A DNA stretch of 63,753 bases, from positions 9,764,088-9,827,840 of the forward strand of contig NC_068982.1 of the NCBI RefSeq assembly GCF_001194135.2. Direction: 5' to 3'. Origin of the DNA: Octopus bimaculoides (lineage: Eukaryota). The notes under the pieces were generated by a model, which was given only the letters and a program-made list of their open reading frames with translations, had not been told where the DNA came from and made no database searches. How positions within the stretch are numbered: the stretch's first letter is position 1; each line of letters begins with the position of its first letter. Of this stretch, positions 11,916 to 26,820 are shown piece after piece. The position numbers and the translations under genes are program-made.

Positions 11916-12164
11916 TACTTAAACATTATTAGTTGGAATTTGTTTCTTGATATTAGTATATAAAACTAAATTAATTTAAATAGGGACGTGTAATATTTTT
12001 CTCTTACATTCATAAATTAAGAATGCATTCCATAGAAAACTGGCTACTTATCTATCATAGAGATTTTATTATAATTATTGTTGTCGTTACTATTATTAAA
12101 CTGTTACCGAAAGAAACTCATTAGAATCAATTACATAGCTGTTGAATTTTGTGGATTGCTATAT

Positions 12165-12503
12165 TATGACTCGGTGGTTATAGCGTCGGGTTTACAATCA
12201 TGAGGTTGTGAGTTCGATTCCCGGATTGAGCTGTGTATTAAGGTATTGTGCAAGACACTTTATTTCACGTTGCCCCAATTCACTCAGCTGTAGAAATGAG
12301 TTGCGATGTCACTGGTGCCAAGCTGTATCAGCTTTTGCTTTTCTCTTGGATAACATCGGTGGCGTGGAGAGGGGAGGCTGATGTGCATGAGCGACTGCTG
12401 GTCTTTTTTATAAAGCAGTCCTACCTGGACTTGTGCCTCGGAGGGTAATTTCCCAGGTGCCATCCCATGGTCATTCATGACCGAATCAGGAGTCTTTACA
12501 CTT
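12165..12503 (+). mobile_element. tRNA-derived SINE, family C (V/CORE-like GCAAGACACTT middle)
   Basis: A box TGACTCGGTGG, B box GAGTTCGATTCCC, GCAAGACACTTTATTTCAC..CACTCAGCTGTAGAAATGAG middle. Confidence 0.8.
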
Positions 12504-13106
12504 TTATATTCATATTATATCAAAGAATTGGATAGTTGATTCTCAGAATTGCTACTTGTGAACAAAATTATTTTCACCATCTATTGATGCTCCATTACAT
12601 TAAGATTATAATCTGTTCGGGCAACGCATACAAATGTTCTTTATCATGGACTTTATTAAGTGTGAGATGTTACTAAGAGAAAATAATAATAGATGTGCTA
12701 GCAGCGAGAATGACTCCTGATGCTAAGCGCAAAATGTTAGTTATTAGACTGACAAAGATTTTAAAATATTAGACAACAAAAGGTGCTGGATGAATCCAAA
12801 TAGAAGTGGTGCGATATGGTGACCAATCCCCTGTAGTCTATGCTGTCTTTGGCTGGGCAGTCTAAGGAACTGTAGCGACTTTAGAGCAACTTTGCTTGAA
12901 TGCACCAGAAGTACTTTTTAAAAGTACGCACCGTCTGTATTTGACCAGGCACAACATTTGTGTTGTCTGATGTGTATACATTTAGCTCACTCCAGAGACT
13001 TGTATGTTTTGCAAAGAAAAAGTTAGTTAAGCCTTCATATTCACAAGCATGAGATTCTTCTTATGGCTCTAATTTATTTTAAAAAATAATAAATTCCTCG
13101 ATTTAT

Positions 13107-13109
<3 letters not shown>

Positions 13110-13147
<38 letters not shown>
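13110..13147. repeat. (TAA)n microsatellite
   Basis: Directly visible. Confidence 0.95.
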
Positions 13148-13148
<1 letters not shown>

Positions 13149-15515
13149 GACTTTGGCTTTGTAAAAAGAAACTTGGTAAAGACATTATCCAAGTATGTTT
13201 GTTTGGAATATATTTTCATAAAAATAAACTAATGTAATTTTCCTCAACCTAGCTTTAATTTACTGTAATGATAAATCTGTGTTGAAATGAGCTAAAAGAA
13301 ATTTTAGCCTTAGTCATACGAGCGCATAGTTGTAAATCCTATGGGTGACTCTTGACTGTTAATAAGATCAAGTTGCTTCACAAATTATTTATCCAGATTC
13401 AAGATTTTTTAATCAGTCTCGCTCTACTGTCGTAATCGAAACTTTTGTTCACAAAATTAAATATTCTTTAACAAAGAAGCAACATCTTTTAGACATTGAA
13501 AACTAAAATGAAAATTGAATGCACTAATTTTTTTTCCCATTAACAAAATCACCTTCCAGAGAAATTCTAATTATTTTGATTCTAATGTGTTCTAGCAATA
13601 AAATAGTTGTTTCTGTTGTAATCTAAATGAATCGCCATTGCTATCTCAGTATTTCGAGACGAAAAGATAATTAATAATTAAATACAATTAACAAGTCTAA
13701 ACTGTAGTTTGCTGAACGTTTGATTGCACAAGGAACTTTTGATTTCAGAAACATCAGTCTGAATTTATGAGGATCCTTAAATTAGACAACTTCAAATGTC
13801 AGACTGACTTAAATTATAATCGGATGTAGAAGCTTAATAATAAACACAATGGTCAAAATCGGATATATCTTACAACCTTCTTAATATGTATTATCGTTCA
13901 TCTTTAAGCAGGGTTAAATTACATTTGTTTCATGAGAAAATTAGACTGGTTTCGTTAAAGAAATACCGAGATAATGCCTAAAAACTGCTCGTTTGATAAA
14001 CTTTGTAGAATAATGCAATAGAAGAGGGTTATGAAGGATTTTAGGGAGAAAGCTATCAGATATTAATAGGATCCTCCTTGGCCCTCTGAGCCCAGAACTG
14101 ATGCACCGGCTGTTCCCTTAGTCTTCATAAGCGCTGAATATCAACAATAGTATTAGAAGTGGTTGCTGAGAATATTTAAGATAATATTTAAGCGTTCAAT
14201 AAGTATTCCGTGACAGAATATTACAGATTAATGAAGAGGTAAAAATTTTACATAATTTTTAAATAAAAGAACGTCATTTATGTTTCAACTAATTGACATT
14301 AGAAACTAAGAGAAGAACCGTAGATAAACGGGTTTCTAAAATTCTTCCACTTGGTCCATTTCGTATTCTATCCACCAAAGCCTACAGTACCTGTATGAAA
14401 TAAGTAGAATTAAGAGGTTCAGTACTTGGTCGGCTTACAATTGATTATTCTTAGAAACCTCAGTTGCTAGTAAGGGAAAACATCGCAGGTTCGGAAAAAA
14501 TTGGTTTTTTTTACATCTCGTACGTTTGGGCCGTATACCTTGTAATAGTACATCATAGAAGTTGCTGAACATAAACGTCGTGTCTTTTTTTATTATTATT
14601 ATTGTAAAAGTTTTCAGATCTTTCGCTTTCCTTAGGGGAGATCAAATTATACTTGTAACATATATTAGAGAATAAAATGTATGATACGTGTAAATATGGC
14701 CTGGGAATATTTATGTTTTAATGATCATCAATTATTACAGTAATCTTGTCATCACTGGATCAGAAAATTGTGTTAAATTGATGTTTACAAAACCATTTTA
14801 TGAAAAGAAAAGAAATTAATATATGATATTCCCTCGATGAAAATACCGCACTGGACGATGACTTAGAACATGTGAATTACGGTATTCAAATATATATACA
14901 AGAAATAAATACTGAAATAATTCAAGAGGGATAGGAGTGCAGTCTACTTCATATATCCGAGCTAAAACCAAAAAGAATGTAGACATCAATACGCTGCGGT
15001 CTATCGAGCTATTGTGATTATTTTATCGATTTTTACTACCCAAGGCATCTATTCTGGCAATATCACAGAGACGTACATATCGCTTTAGTTCGTTTTCTAT
15101 TGATATTTGTCGTGTGTACTGATCTGTAAAGGAAAACTTCTTTGATGTTTTCCGATCATATCTTTCACAATATGAACAAGACCAAAAATTCTGGACATTT
15201 ATCTTATGATAGCGAACAGAAATATATAGTTCTTCAACAAATAAATGAATAATGTGTACAAATATATAACAATTTATTAATACGTTGTTTGCGAAAATAA
15301 CTGTGCATAAATTTAACTCAGAAATATAATCTTATTTTGTTATCCCCAAACATCATTTAGATTATGGCGAAAAAATGAACTAGGTGATATTCCAATTTTC
15401 TCTAAACCATTTAACCTGATCACAATCTCGTTATTCCTACATATACATACTCACAAATATATGTATATATATATGCATCATATATGTATACATATTTAAA
15501 AATTATACATATATA

Positions 15516-15905
15516 GGCGCAGAAGTGGCTGTGTGGTAAGTAGCTTGCTCACCAACAACATGGCTCTGGGTTCAGTCCTACTACGTAGCACCTTGGCAAA
15601 GTGTCTTCTACTATAGCCTCGGGTTGACCAAAGCCTTGTGAGTGGATTTGGTAGACCGCAACTGAAAGAAGCCCGCTGTGTGTGTATATATATATATATG
15701 TGTGTGTGTGTGTTTGTCCTCCACCCAGCATCGCTTGACAACCGATGCTGGTGTGTTTACATCCCCATAACTTAGCGGCTCGGCAAAAGCGACTGATTGA
15801 ATAAGTACTAGGCTTACAAAGAATTAGTCCTGCGGTCGATTTGCTCGACTAAAGGCGGTGCTCCAGCATGGCCGTAGTCAATTGACTGAAATAAAAAAGA
15901 ATAAA
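15516..15905 (+). mobile_element. Near full-length SINE family A with internal (TA)/(TG) microsatellite
   Basis: GGCGCAGAAGTGGCTGTGTGGTAAG (A box), GGGTTCAGTCC (B box), CORE-like CACCTTGGCAAAGTGTCTTCTACTATAGCCTCGGG, tail CTCCAGCATGGCCGTAGTC..GACTGAAA plus A-rich end. Confidence 0.92.
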
Positions 15906-16784
15906 AATACAGGTATGTACACATACATGTGTCTGTGTGTGTGTGTGTGTGTGTATCGATAATACTTGGTATTCTTTGATTACATAGAAACACTTCATCG
16001 TCATCTTTTTATTCGGAAAGTAAGCTGGTAAAGCATCTTCTCGAACTTCAAAGTCTCTCGATTCAACCCTGATCTAATTACGGAACAGGTATCTCTTCTG
16101 ATCAAAGAAATCCATGTTCTTGGAGTTGTGAATACAACTGTATCACGAGTCTCACTATTGTTGCCTTCGGCAATACTTCCAAAGTCAAGTCAATTTTCAC
16201 TAATTGCATCTATAGTAGACAGGTACCAAGAATTCAGCTTTTACCTCGTTTCCAGTCATTTCTTCAAATTTAGTAATAATGTGAAGTGTGTGCGTGAGAG
16301 AAAGGGGGCAGAGAGAGAGAAAGAGGAATGGTTTGAGTATAACTATATCTCACATCAGATACTTCATATGCGCGTTTCATCATAATATGAGGTGCTCTTT
16401 TCAATAACGAACGATTGCATAACGTCGATACTAGTATCTGTGTCAATACTTTTTGAAAAGTTATTTCTCTGAGAAAATTACTTTCCTTTCAGCTGATGCA
16501 CTGAATTTATCAAAGAGAAAAAAAAACGCAATTTGGAACGCCGTTTTTTTGATAACAAACAAAACGCTCTCTGATTGGAAACTTCTTTAGGATTAACGGC
16601 TGATATTTTTAAAGATTACATAAAAATGAACTGTGTTGTCAAGATTAGAATAAATGCTGCTTAACTCCATCGACTCGTTGAAAATTAAGACGAAATGCTG
16701 CATAAAGTATTTATAATCATTCGGTTTTTCTCGAATTTAACAGATGTAGCTTTATAATATGAAAGAATATAACCATTCCCATGA

Positions 16785-16935
16785 CTGAGAGTTGCAGACT
16801 TCAGACGCAACCGCCACTCGATGGTACACACTGCTACAGCAGTACACTCGTCCTTGATGTCATCGCTCCGCTTTTGTCTTTGTGACTCGTGATCCTGTTT
16901 GCTGTTCGTCCATACCCCGAAGATATAGCCACAGA
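16785..16935 (-). mobile_element. Possible decayed RTE-like LINE 3' coding remnant
   Basis: GC-richer island; minus frames give YLRGMDEQQTGSR / QRQKRSDDIKDEC..EWRL, loosely like RTE G.R.RGR..KRW.DDIK..WR. Confidence 0.25.
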
Positions 16936-18509
16936 TGTTTTAAATTAATATGGTGTGGTTAAAACGTTTCAAATGGTTAGATGACTTTATATGTAGTTTA
17001 AAGTAATATTTTCCTAACGGCTATCAGTCAGTTTACTGGTTCTAAATAGCAATAATTTTGTTCCAATCTATCAAACAAGATTTTCAGTCGTGTTACAAAA
17101 TATAATTTAGGCTGAAAATGATTTTCTTTTTTGTTTTTTTCTTTTTCCAGTTTAGTTTAATTTTCATTGAATCACCATTTTCCTCAATTTTGTATAAGTC
17201 CGTAAAATCCAAATGTATTTTCTGATTTAAATAACCTATTTCAAAAATATGTTTTAATAACACTTTGTCATCAGGTTTCATCATATACTCATCCTACTTT
17301 TTCTTTATCACATATCAATGTATGGAAATATATATTTCAAAATCCCAAATACTTTGAATTCATTATTAAATTGTGAAAACGGAAGCTAATTGTAAATGCA
17401 CTTCCAATCAAGAAAGTTCGAATAATTACTTTTAAACATTTACCTTTCAAATTGTCTTTCTTTTGAGAAAGCATACTCCTCCAAAAAATGTGTTTATCAG
17501 TGGCAAACTTCTTTTGTAATGTATTTTAGTACGTCTTTGACAGACTTTGCAAGGTAACAATCATTTAAAAATATCATTCTTAATTATTCGTTTGAGAAAC
17601 AGAAGATGCTGTATTGTATCAAATGTGGTGAATGTAGCAACAGCAAAAGCGCTGATCTGCGATTACACTCTTATTGCACAAGAATCATTGGCAGGCTGCG
17701 TTAACTTAGTAGAAACTTACATTATTGCTCATATTAGCCATTCCTCGCTATCACATTTTAATTAACTGTTAACCTTGGGTTATAAATGCTTTCTTTAGCT
17801 TTCTGCAGGAACAAAATAAAAGTTAATAATACAAGAGTTTTATTTATCATTGACTGATATCATGAATTAAGAAAGAAGAAATGCTTCATTGCAGAAAGAA
17901 AAAAAGTTCAATGGAATAAAAACAACACAGAATAGAATAAACAAGAGAAATTTTATTGCATTTACAATGACAACCAGAACTTTGGAATAAGTTATTATCC
18001 AAGCATAACCACAGCATCATTACTGTCTCCACTTGAACACTCAACAGACTTTTTTCAAAAGTCGCTGATTATGAAAGATGTTACAATATTCCAGATATAT
18101 TTAACTTTGTATTGTTATTGCTTCTATTACTTCATAAAACGTGTTCACACCTCGTAGAAATCTTCTATACTTTTCTAAACATAATGTTGATGTCTAATTA
18201 TGCCAACTTTATTTTCTTCATTGCTAGCAAAATTCATTTTATTGTTGATGCTTACAAGAATACGAAACCGTCTGCAATTTTTTAAAAATAATCGTGTATT
18301 GTTTATATGTTACAAAATGTAACTAGGGATGTTCTATTTGAGAATATATTTTTTTTAATCATATTAATTAAATCAATATCATCGTAACGCTTACAACTTA
18401 CTGTTGACGTTTCTACTTTAAACAAAATGAACATTCCACTATATCCGTACTTTTTAATTATATTATTGTTTCTTTAAAAATTACCGTTCCTGATATATAT
18501 ATATATATA

Positions 18510-19183
18510 NNNNNNNNNNNNNNNNNNNNNNNNNNNNNNNNNNNNNNNNNNNNNNNNNNNNNNNNNNNNNNNNNNNNNNNNNNNNNNNNNNNNNNNNNNN
18601 NNNNNNNNNNNNNNNNNNNNNNNNNNNNNNNNNNNNNNNNNNNNNNNNNNNNNNNNNNNNNNNNNNNNNNNNNNNNNNNNNNNNNNNNNNNNNNNNNNNN
18701 NNNNNNNNNNNNNNNNNNNNNNNNNNNNNNNNNNNNNNNNNNNNNNNNNNNNNNNNNNNNNNNNNNNNNNNNNNNNNNNNNNNNNNNNNNNNNNNNNNNN
18801 NNNNNNNNNNNNNNNNNNNNNNNNNNNNNNNNNNNNNNNNNNNNNNNNNNNNNNNNNNNNNNNNNNNNNNNNNNNNNNNNNNNNNNNNNNNNNNNNNNNN
18901 NNNNNNNNNNNNNNNNNNNNNNNNNNNNNNNNNNNNNNNNNNNNNNNNNNNNNNNNNNNNNNNNNNNNNNNNNNNNNNNNNNNNNNNNNNNNNNNNNNNN
19001 NNNNNNNNNNNNNNNNNNNNNNNNNNNNNNNNNNNNNNNNNNNNNNNNNNNNNNNNNNNNNNNNNNNNNNNNNNNNNNNNNNNNNNNNNNNNNNNNNNNN
19101 NNNNNNNNNNNNNNNNNNNNNNNNNNNNNNNNNNNNNNNNNNNNNNNNNNNNNNNNNNNNNNNNNNNNNNNNNNNNNNNNNNN
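18510..19183. other. Assembly gap
   Basis: N run after (TA)n. Confidence 0.99.
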
Positions 19184-20323
19184 ATCAAGCTGAATAATCT
19201 CAGCTAAAAAGTCTACTACATAACAATTCCCTGTGGTTAAACTGTACAAATAACAAGATAACAAGAAAAAAAAAGAGCATACTATTAGATCAAGCATCTT
19301 CAGAATAGACAGATTTACAGCCATCTTATCCATATACAAGAGATATAATATTTAACAAATGTATTGTCACTTTCAACTTTGTGTATGAGTTGATATTTGC
19401 AATGTATGTTTTTATAAAATTAAACCCCGTATTTAATTCCGTTCTTATTTGATTTTTATTTTTCATTATATTTTTTCTTGAAGCTTTTGCATCATGCATT
19501 CCAAACAACACAGTAAGCTAGGAAGGAAGTTCTGTGAGAAAATTCAACAACAACAAACAAGAGTAATAATATTTTTTGTCTTTTTTTTTATTCATGTGAT
19601 GATAAACATTTGGATTATCTGTATATTTCTAATAAAGGAATTTTGAAGACAGCTTTTTTCTGAATGTCTTTTATTCCATATTATGTTGCATAATATCCTA
19701 ATTTTTTTCAGTTTCATCTTGCGTTTTTTACAATCTTCATATCACAAATAACAATGAATTATAATCAACAGACCCTAACGTCTGTTTACAAACATACCTA
19801 ATGTAATTGCATATTTTGATCTACATATATTGCGTGTTTTATTATCATTATTAGTAACTACAAAAATTTATTATTTATAATCATCATCATCATTCTCATC
19901 ATCATTATTATTATCATCATAATCATCATCTTTATTATTATCAAAATAATTGCAGATATGTATAGAACTCGTTTCAGAAATAGGAGCATATTATTTTCTT
20001 TACATTTCTTTGAAAACCATCTACACCCAATATTTTGCATCTTTCATCTCAAATATGTTGTTTTTAAAGATGTTGGTAGTGATTAAAACCATATGAAGTG
20101 ATGTGATTAGCATACAAGCACAATACCAAGACGAAACGGTATTCAACTTCGTAGATATGATTTAAATGAGAAATGGATTGAAATATTCCGTGTATATCTT
20201 TCCAAATTTCTTATTTCAGGAAATATTTTCCAAAGGAAATAAGATAGATTTCTGTTTAATTATAATGATGAATACCTGAATTTCTGACTTCTTATAATAA
20301 AGACACTAAAGAAAGATTGAAAT

Positions 20324-20455
20324 ATATATATATATATATATATTGATATACATGTATGTGAGTATATATATATATATATCTATATACGCATACATATGTA
20401 TATGAATATATATGTATATATATGTTTATATAGTACATACAGAAATACTACACAC

Positions 20456-20513
<58 letters not shown>

Positions 20514-20560
20514 TACACACACATATACATACATATATGTATGTATATGTATTTGCATAT
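20324..20560. repeat. (TA)n/(CA)n low-complexity tract
   Basis: Directly visible. Confidence 0.95.
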
Positions 20561-23500
20561 ATAAAGCCTAGACATCCTTTCATTCATTTTGCTGCCTAAA
20601 TACTGTGTTCATAGCTGAGTATCTAAAAAAATGCCCTTAGCTACTTGATGACTGAACCATTATTATACTCGAAACACACCAGATTGAAAAGAACTGGCAC
20701 TGACAACAATCAATTTCATATTTTCTTTAACTATATTTTTATTGATTTATTTGTTTGCATTTTTGTTGTGATTTTTTTTTTTTTGCACACATTATGGAAA
20801 AAATTATTTTGAAGACATCCGTGAAAATGACTTTAATAACAAAGTTTTTTACTACATGTTTTAATATTTTTCTCTTTTGAAAGAAAAATTCATGTAAGAT
20901 AGATAAATTTCTGTAAAGTTTAAAGACACATCAGATTTAACCACAAAAAAAAACAATTTTTATAAAATGGTGGTTTCCCAGCATTGTCTCAGCTAATAAG
21001 CTGAAACCAGTATGAGAACACAATACAATACAGGGGTAAAGATTTAAAAGTGGGATTATTATATTTCATTACATTTAACTTTACACTTCAGTTAAAAAAC
21101 ACTATTTCATTTTCTTATGTTCATTTTATTCAAATCTGCTTCTACTAGTTTTACATGCCTGTAACTTAGTTTTATATTCAATAAAATTTTGCTGCTCTTA
21201 CCACCATTGAACATTAATAAGAAATCAAAATTGGATTTATCTGTTTTCATATACATATGTATATATATATATGTGTGTGTATATATACATATTGTATTTA
21301 TTTTGCCTGTATAGTTAAGGCACTGGCTTTCAAAGCCAGGTTTTGTGAGATCTAATTCCTTCAGGAAGTATCTTCCTTAATTTTGTCCGGAATTAAGTTT
21401 GGACAACCTGTTGGATAAAAGCTCAAGAATGAACCTTCACCTTTTTTTCTGGTGAATATTTAAGACAGAGAATAACAAAAGACAATATAGACGATGCAGA
21501 ATTCTCAACTATAATCTGATGAGAAAAGTCAAATTTGAAATAAAAAAGTGTGTATAGATTTTTGTTTATGTGCGCATATGTACCAAATCAGTAAATAATA
21601 ATAATAAATAAACAACATAATATTCAAATGCTGCTTTATACTTCCACCAAAATAGGTTGTTCAATAATAACTATATCGTATCTACTTCTAGAATTAGTCT
21701 GCTGGTTATAGTAAGATAATAGTATTAATATTTATATTTATTTAAACTGAGAACTCCTTTTGATTAATATATATGGATAAACTTTATAATCTGACATAAT
21801 GCTTGAAATTTTTATAGATTTTTCTAATAACAGAAGCTGTCGTAAGGAGTAGAGGATTTACAATCTCTAAGAGGTTAAGTTTTATCATGCCTCTCTTAAA
21901 AGCCAACAGCAGCGTTTCTTGTCATACTTATGAAATATGCGTTTGTCTAAACAATTCATTTTTTCACCGGCCTATATTCCGTTTCTTTGATTTTGTTTAT
22001 TCTTCGTTCCACTTAAGTATAGTTTGCTATAGAACGAATAAATAGCAATCATAGATATAACCGCAAAATCTCTGCGATATGAAATAATAATAACGATAAT
22101 AATAATAACAATGATTAATTATTATTTCTTTATTTGCCAATAATGATTAATTTTAGCAATGACTAGTGTTTTGGAAGTATGTAATAAAAATAAAGGTACT
22201 GAAACAATGTCATAAAAAAATTAATCATACTTATACGTCATAGTATAATTATTATTACAGTATTAGATGCGCTTCAGATTATATATATATATATAGTGTG
22301 TGTGTGTGTATGTATGTATTTGTGTGTGTATGTATGTATGCATGCATATATCTACCTTTGCATGAGTTTTTGTATTATTTTGATTCCACTATGACTATGA
22401 TCATGATATTGAATTTGCATTAAAATCGTCATGCCCTGGTGGTAACTTGATAAATAAATTATATAAGTATTTGATCACTGATGCTGTTCCTACGAAATTT
22501 TTTACTTTAATTTGAAATAAAACCTTACAAAATATCAGATAAATCAGTGAAATTCATATTTTCTGAAAAAGAATGTATTGGCATCGGTATGTGTAAACGT
22601 AGATAACTGTTGATTCATTGAGCTGCATGTTTTAAAAACTTGTCAAAAAATGACAATAAAAAAATTCTGATAAAAAAAAAAGAAACTGTGTACAATAATT
22701 TTAGCAATATTTTTATTTGTTTGAAATGCATTTATTATTTTTTTATTTCATTATTTTTTGTATTACTCTTAATTAAATAAACGTATGTATGTAGATGTAG
22801 GACACTTTGGAAAAGCCAAAATACAATTATGTAGCTTTTTTTGTATTAATCCAACAAAAATAAAACGGACAAAAGTCAGCATTTCACATGAAAAAGAGCC
22901 CCGGTTAATACTTATTTATATTTTTTAAATACTGAAGTTAATTGTAGTTTGCATTCAATTCCTTTGAAGACGTCTACACTATATCAGAATTTAAAATTAT
23001 GTCGGAGAAATTTTTGAAATTAGTACATTATGTAACTGAAAATCAGGATAATTAAACTCGACATATTTGATACTTTAATTAATACACAGAAGTCTTCCAA
23101 CGTATTTCATAAATTCCATATATATTGTATGAATTGTAACACCTCAAATATAACCAATGCGTTATTCTTGATGATATCAAAAAATATCTATGGATTTACG
23201 TAATTCTTATTTGAGAATGTGAAAATATTATCCTTAAACTTTTTCAAATGCTACAGAAATTACCAATTTTTTTTTCTAATTTTTGCTGACTTTGATATAC
23301 AAAATTAATTACTTTTACCGTAACATCATTAATCAGACATGACACATAATGAACTAAAAATTATAACCAGTTTCTGTGTTTGTAATTAATACTGCTTTTC
23401 ATCATAACATTTGATATTTCTAAACAAGGCTATGGATTTGGGCAATTTAATATCAAATGAAATGCATATGGATGTATAAGTTTCATATATATACATATCA

Positions 23501-25104
23501 CATATGTATAAATTTACATAACATGTATATTATATATACAGTCACAGGATAATTGAAAAAGAATAAACAAAATCTAATTTGATATTGAACCAGGAAGTAA
23601 GAGGATGTAAATTTGTTTTAAAACAAAAACAAGTATCAAAAATCAAAAAGAAAAACAAATATAAATATTTTTTCATTATTTTTGTTATTTTTTTTTCCAC
23701 TGAATTTTATACTCACTTTCAGGAAATTGTTTTAAATTTGTTTTCCATTGACTCATATTTATTTTGCATAATTAATTCTGGTCTCTATATATACACGTTT
23801 TGGTATGAAAGCAATCAAAAGAATTGGAAAACTTCATAACCTCTTCATGTCATGTTTCCCAACTAGAATCTCACTTCAAATGAAATATCAGAAATATTCT
23901 CTTATCCTGCTTTTCTTATATCTTATAATATTTAAGAACATTTAGCTTTTTTGTAATTTTCATAATATTTCAAAGAAGTCTATTTATAGAATTAAGAATG
24001 TATTAATCTATCCATTTTTCTATTCACCTAAAAAAAACCTTTCCCTTTTCTATTTTTGCTTATTTATATTCTTTGAAATTAATACTTCCAAGAATATGCC
24101 TACATATTTAGAACACATAAATTCTTCCAGAAATTGTTGCTGTTTTAATATATTCTATTATGAACATTTAATTGGGTCTTTTTTTTATATTTCCTTTATT
24201 CTTTTCTTTATTTTTTCCTTTGAACTCACAGTAGATGATTAAAAAAAAAACGATTTATCCAACGAAATATTCATTTAAAAAAAAGTATTTTTTAAATAAT
24301 TTTTAACATATATATATATTTCATTATAAAAAAAAACGACACTTGCACACACACACATACCCACAAAAACAAATATGATTTAATCATTTGAAACTACAGT
24401 ACCGTTATAAATTTATAAATTTATTTCATATTTATATATGGACTTTTAATATTGAATGTTAAATTTGCCTACTTTTCTAAACAAATCAAACATTCGTTGG
24501 ATATATTGAACATATTTATTTCAGTACAATTTATCCATTAAGTGTAGATTTTAAGCTTAGACTGTCTTAAAATCTCCTAAAAGTCCTCTCATTCAATTTT
24601 ATCGATCCATTGAGATTTTTCAAAGGATGATTTAATGTTTATTAATGTTGTAATTACTTTTCTTGCTTTTATGCATTTACAATTGAATAAAAACCCGAAC
24701 AAGAGAAGGGTAAAAAAAGTGTAAAAAATAATTACAACTAAATTTTGCTAAAGTAAAGATATGTAGTTTTCATTTGTTAAATAAGAAGACAAAACAAACA
24801 AAATGGGAGGAAATAAACATATGAATGAAACAATAAGATGCATTTTTGACTCTGATCTCATGTACACACAAAAAAAATTAAATAAGAAAAAAGAATAAAA
24901 TTTACTGATCTGATATTGTTTAATACAATGAATGAGATTAAAATTGCTTTTTTTTATTGAAACCATAAATATATATACACAAAATGTTACACATACATAT
25001 GCACATACATATACAAACACATACACACAAATACGTATTTATATAGATGCAAATATGTATTCATAGTATGGAAAGACATACATATGTACAATATGTATGT
25101 AAGT

Positions 25105-25141
<37 letters not shown>

Positions 25142-25513
25142 NNNNNNNNNNNNNNNNNNNNNNNNNNNNNNNNNNNNNNNNNNNNNNNNNNNNNNNNNNN
25201 NNNNNNNNNNNNNNNNNNNNNNNNNNNNNNNNNNNNNNNNNNNNNNNNNNNNNNNNNNNNNNNNNNNNNNNNNNNNNNNNNNNNNNNNNNNNNNNNNNNN
25301 NNNNNNNNNNNNNNNNNNNNNNNNNNNNNNNNNNNNNNNNNNNNNNNNNNNNNNNNNNNNNNNNNNNNNNNNNNNNNNNNNNNNNNNNNNNNNNNNNNNN
25401 NNNNNNNNNNNNNNNNNNNNNNNNNNNNNNNNNNNNNNNNNNNNNNNNNNNNNNNNNNNNNNNNNNNNNNNNNNNNNNNNNNNNNNNNNNNNNNNNNNNN
25501 NNNNNNNNNNNNN
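25142..25513. other. Assembly gap flanked by (TA)n
   Basis: N run. Confidence 0.99.
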
Positions 25514-26772
25514 NTATATATATATATATATATATTATCATGTTAGAAAACAGATCTAATGGATTGTATCCATTAGATCGCTCTGCTTTCTAACTCGATA
25601 AAAAATGTCTGATATTTTACGATATTTTATATAATATATTCATTGAAGAAGTATCTCTTCAAATTATAATATATTAAACCAGTGTATCTTAGATAAATAT
25701 CCTCATTGTGACTATATATATATATATATTTATTGCATGTGTTCAATTATTCTATATTCTAAAATGAAACACACAAACTTATACAAATATTCTACACATA
25801 AAATGTTAATATTTTGATGTCAATGAACTCAATTGCCTACTTAAATCTGTATATGTAGATACATTGTATGTGTGTATGTGAGAGAAACACTTATTCAGAG
25901 ATGCAAAGATGACTCTTATACTTTAAGATATTACTAAACCATTGTCATAACAGTCTGTACTTTTTTTTAAATAATTAATAATATATGCCGCTGTAGTACA
26001 AAGTGTTATTAACAAGGTGGTATCAAAAGTCATCTTTATGAATGTGTGGATAAGTGTTCAGCAAGCTGTTGTGTTATTCACTTTTATTATTGTGTTAATT
26101 TGTTAACGTTATTCAAGTTATTGTTATCTTTAAACAATTATTTAAAATATAAGAATTCATTACAAAGATATGTCTGAATAAAATAATATCTTTCAAAAGT
26201 ATCAGCTATTTCCTTTCTACAGTTAATGAGAGAGAAGGGGGAGAGAGAGAAAGGAGAGAGAGAAAGAGAGAGAGAGCAAGATTTCCTAATATCTCTTTGT
26301 ATATCAACATAATTTATATAAATATAATTCCGTCTTCATTATTTCTTCAATCTCGTTATTGCTGTTGATAGGAAATAGTCAATTACTTTTGTTTGTCATT
26401 TGTTTGCCCCATGTGACAGGCTCTCAGTGATACTGTGATTACCACTGTCAACCTTTCACATTAAAAATAGGAAAGAGGTGAGGGGTTGTGCTTAATGTAT
26501 GCATTTCATCATGATGATATGCTGTGTGATGTTTTACAGATGGACAATTTTGTATGAATATTATTTGATCTAGTAACAAGGCATAATGTTAAAAACAAAA
26601 TAAATTATTGCTATCCTAACTAAAAATTTTAAAATAGACAACAACATGTAAAAATAACTTTTAAATTAAAAGAAAGATTGTTTCGAAGTGATATTGGAGA
26701 ATGGCTTTATAAATAAAATATTTGGGGGAGATATACAATTACATGCTTATTTGTTTTTCAATTGGACAACAG

Positions 26773-26820
26773 TTAGTGGCAGGTCACAAAGAGAAGTTGC
26801 CATCTCCGATAATTAGGCAG
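26773..26820 (+). CDS. Possible 48-nt phase-0 exon (LVAGHKEKLPSPIIRQ), unassigned
   Basis: Acceptor TTTGTTTTTCAATTGGACAACAG, donor CAG|GTATGT, only one open frame; no homology recognised. Confidence 0.2.

Noticed and set aside
14300-14403. PLGPFRIL as a Gypsy integrase GPF motif
   Set aside because: Only about five matching residues and no surrounding integrase similarity.
17616-17715. YCIKCGECSNSKSADLRLH as a C2H2 zinc finger
   Set aside because: C-to-H spacing is 13 rather than 12, there is no second His or TGEKP linker, it is a single unit, and there are no splice signals.
21515-21550. CTGATGA..GAAA as a hammerhead (also CTGATGA near 41604 and 52829)
   Set aside because: No adequate stem II, stem III or UH triplet.
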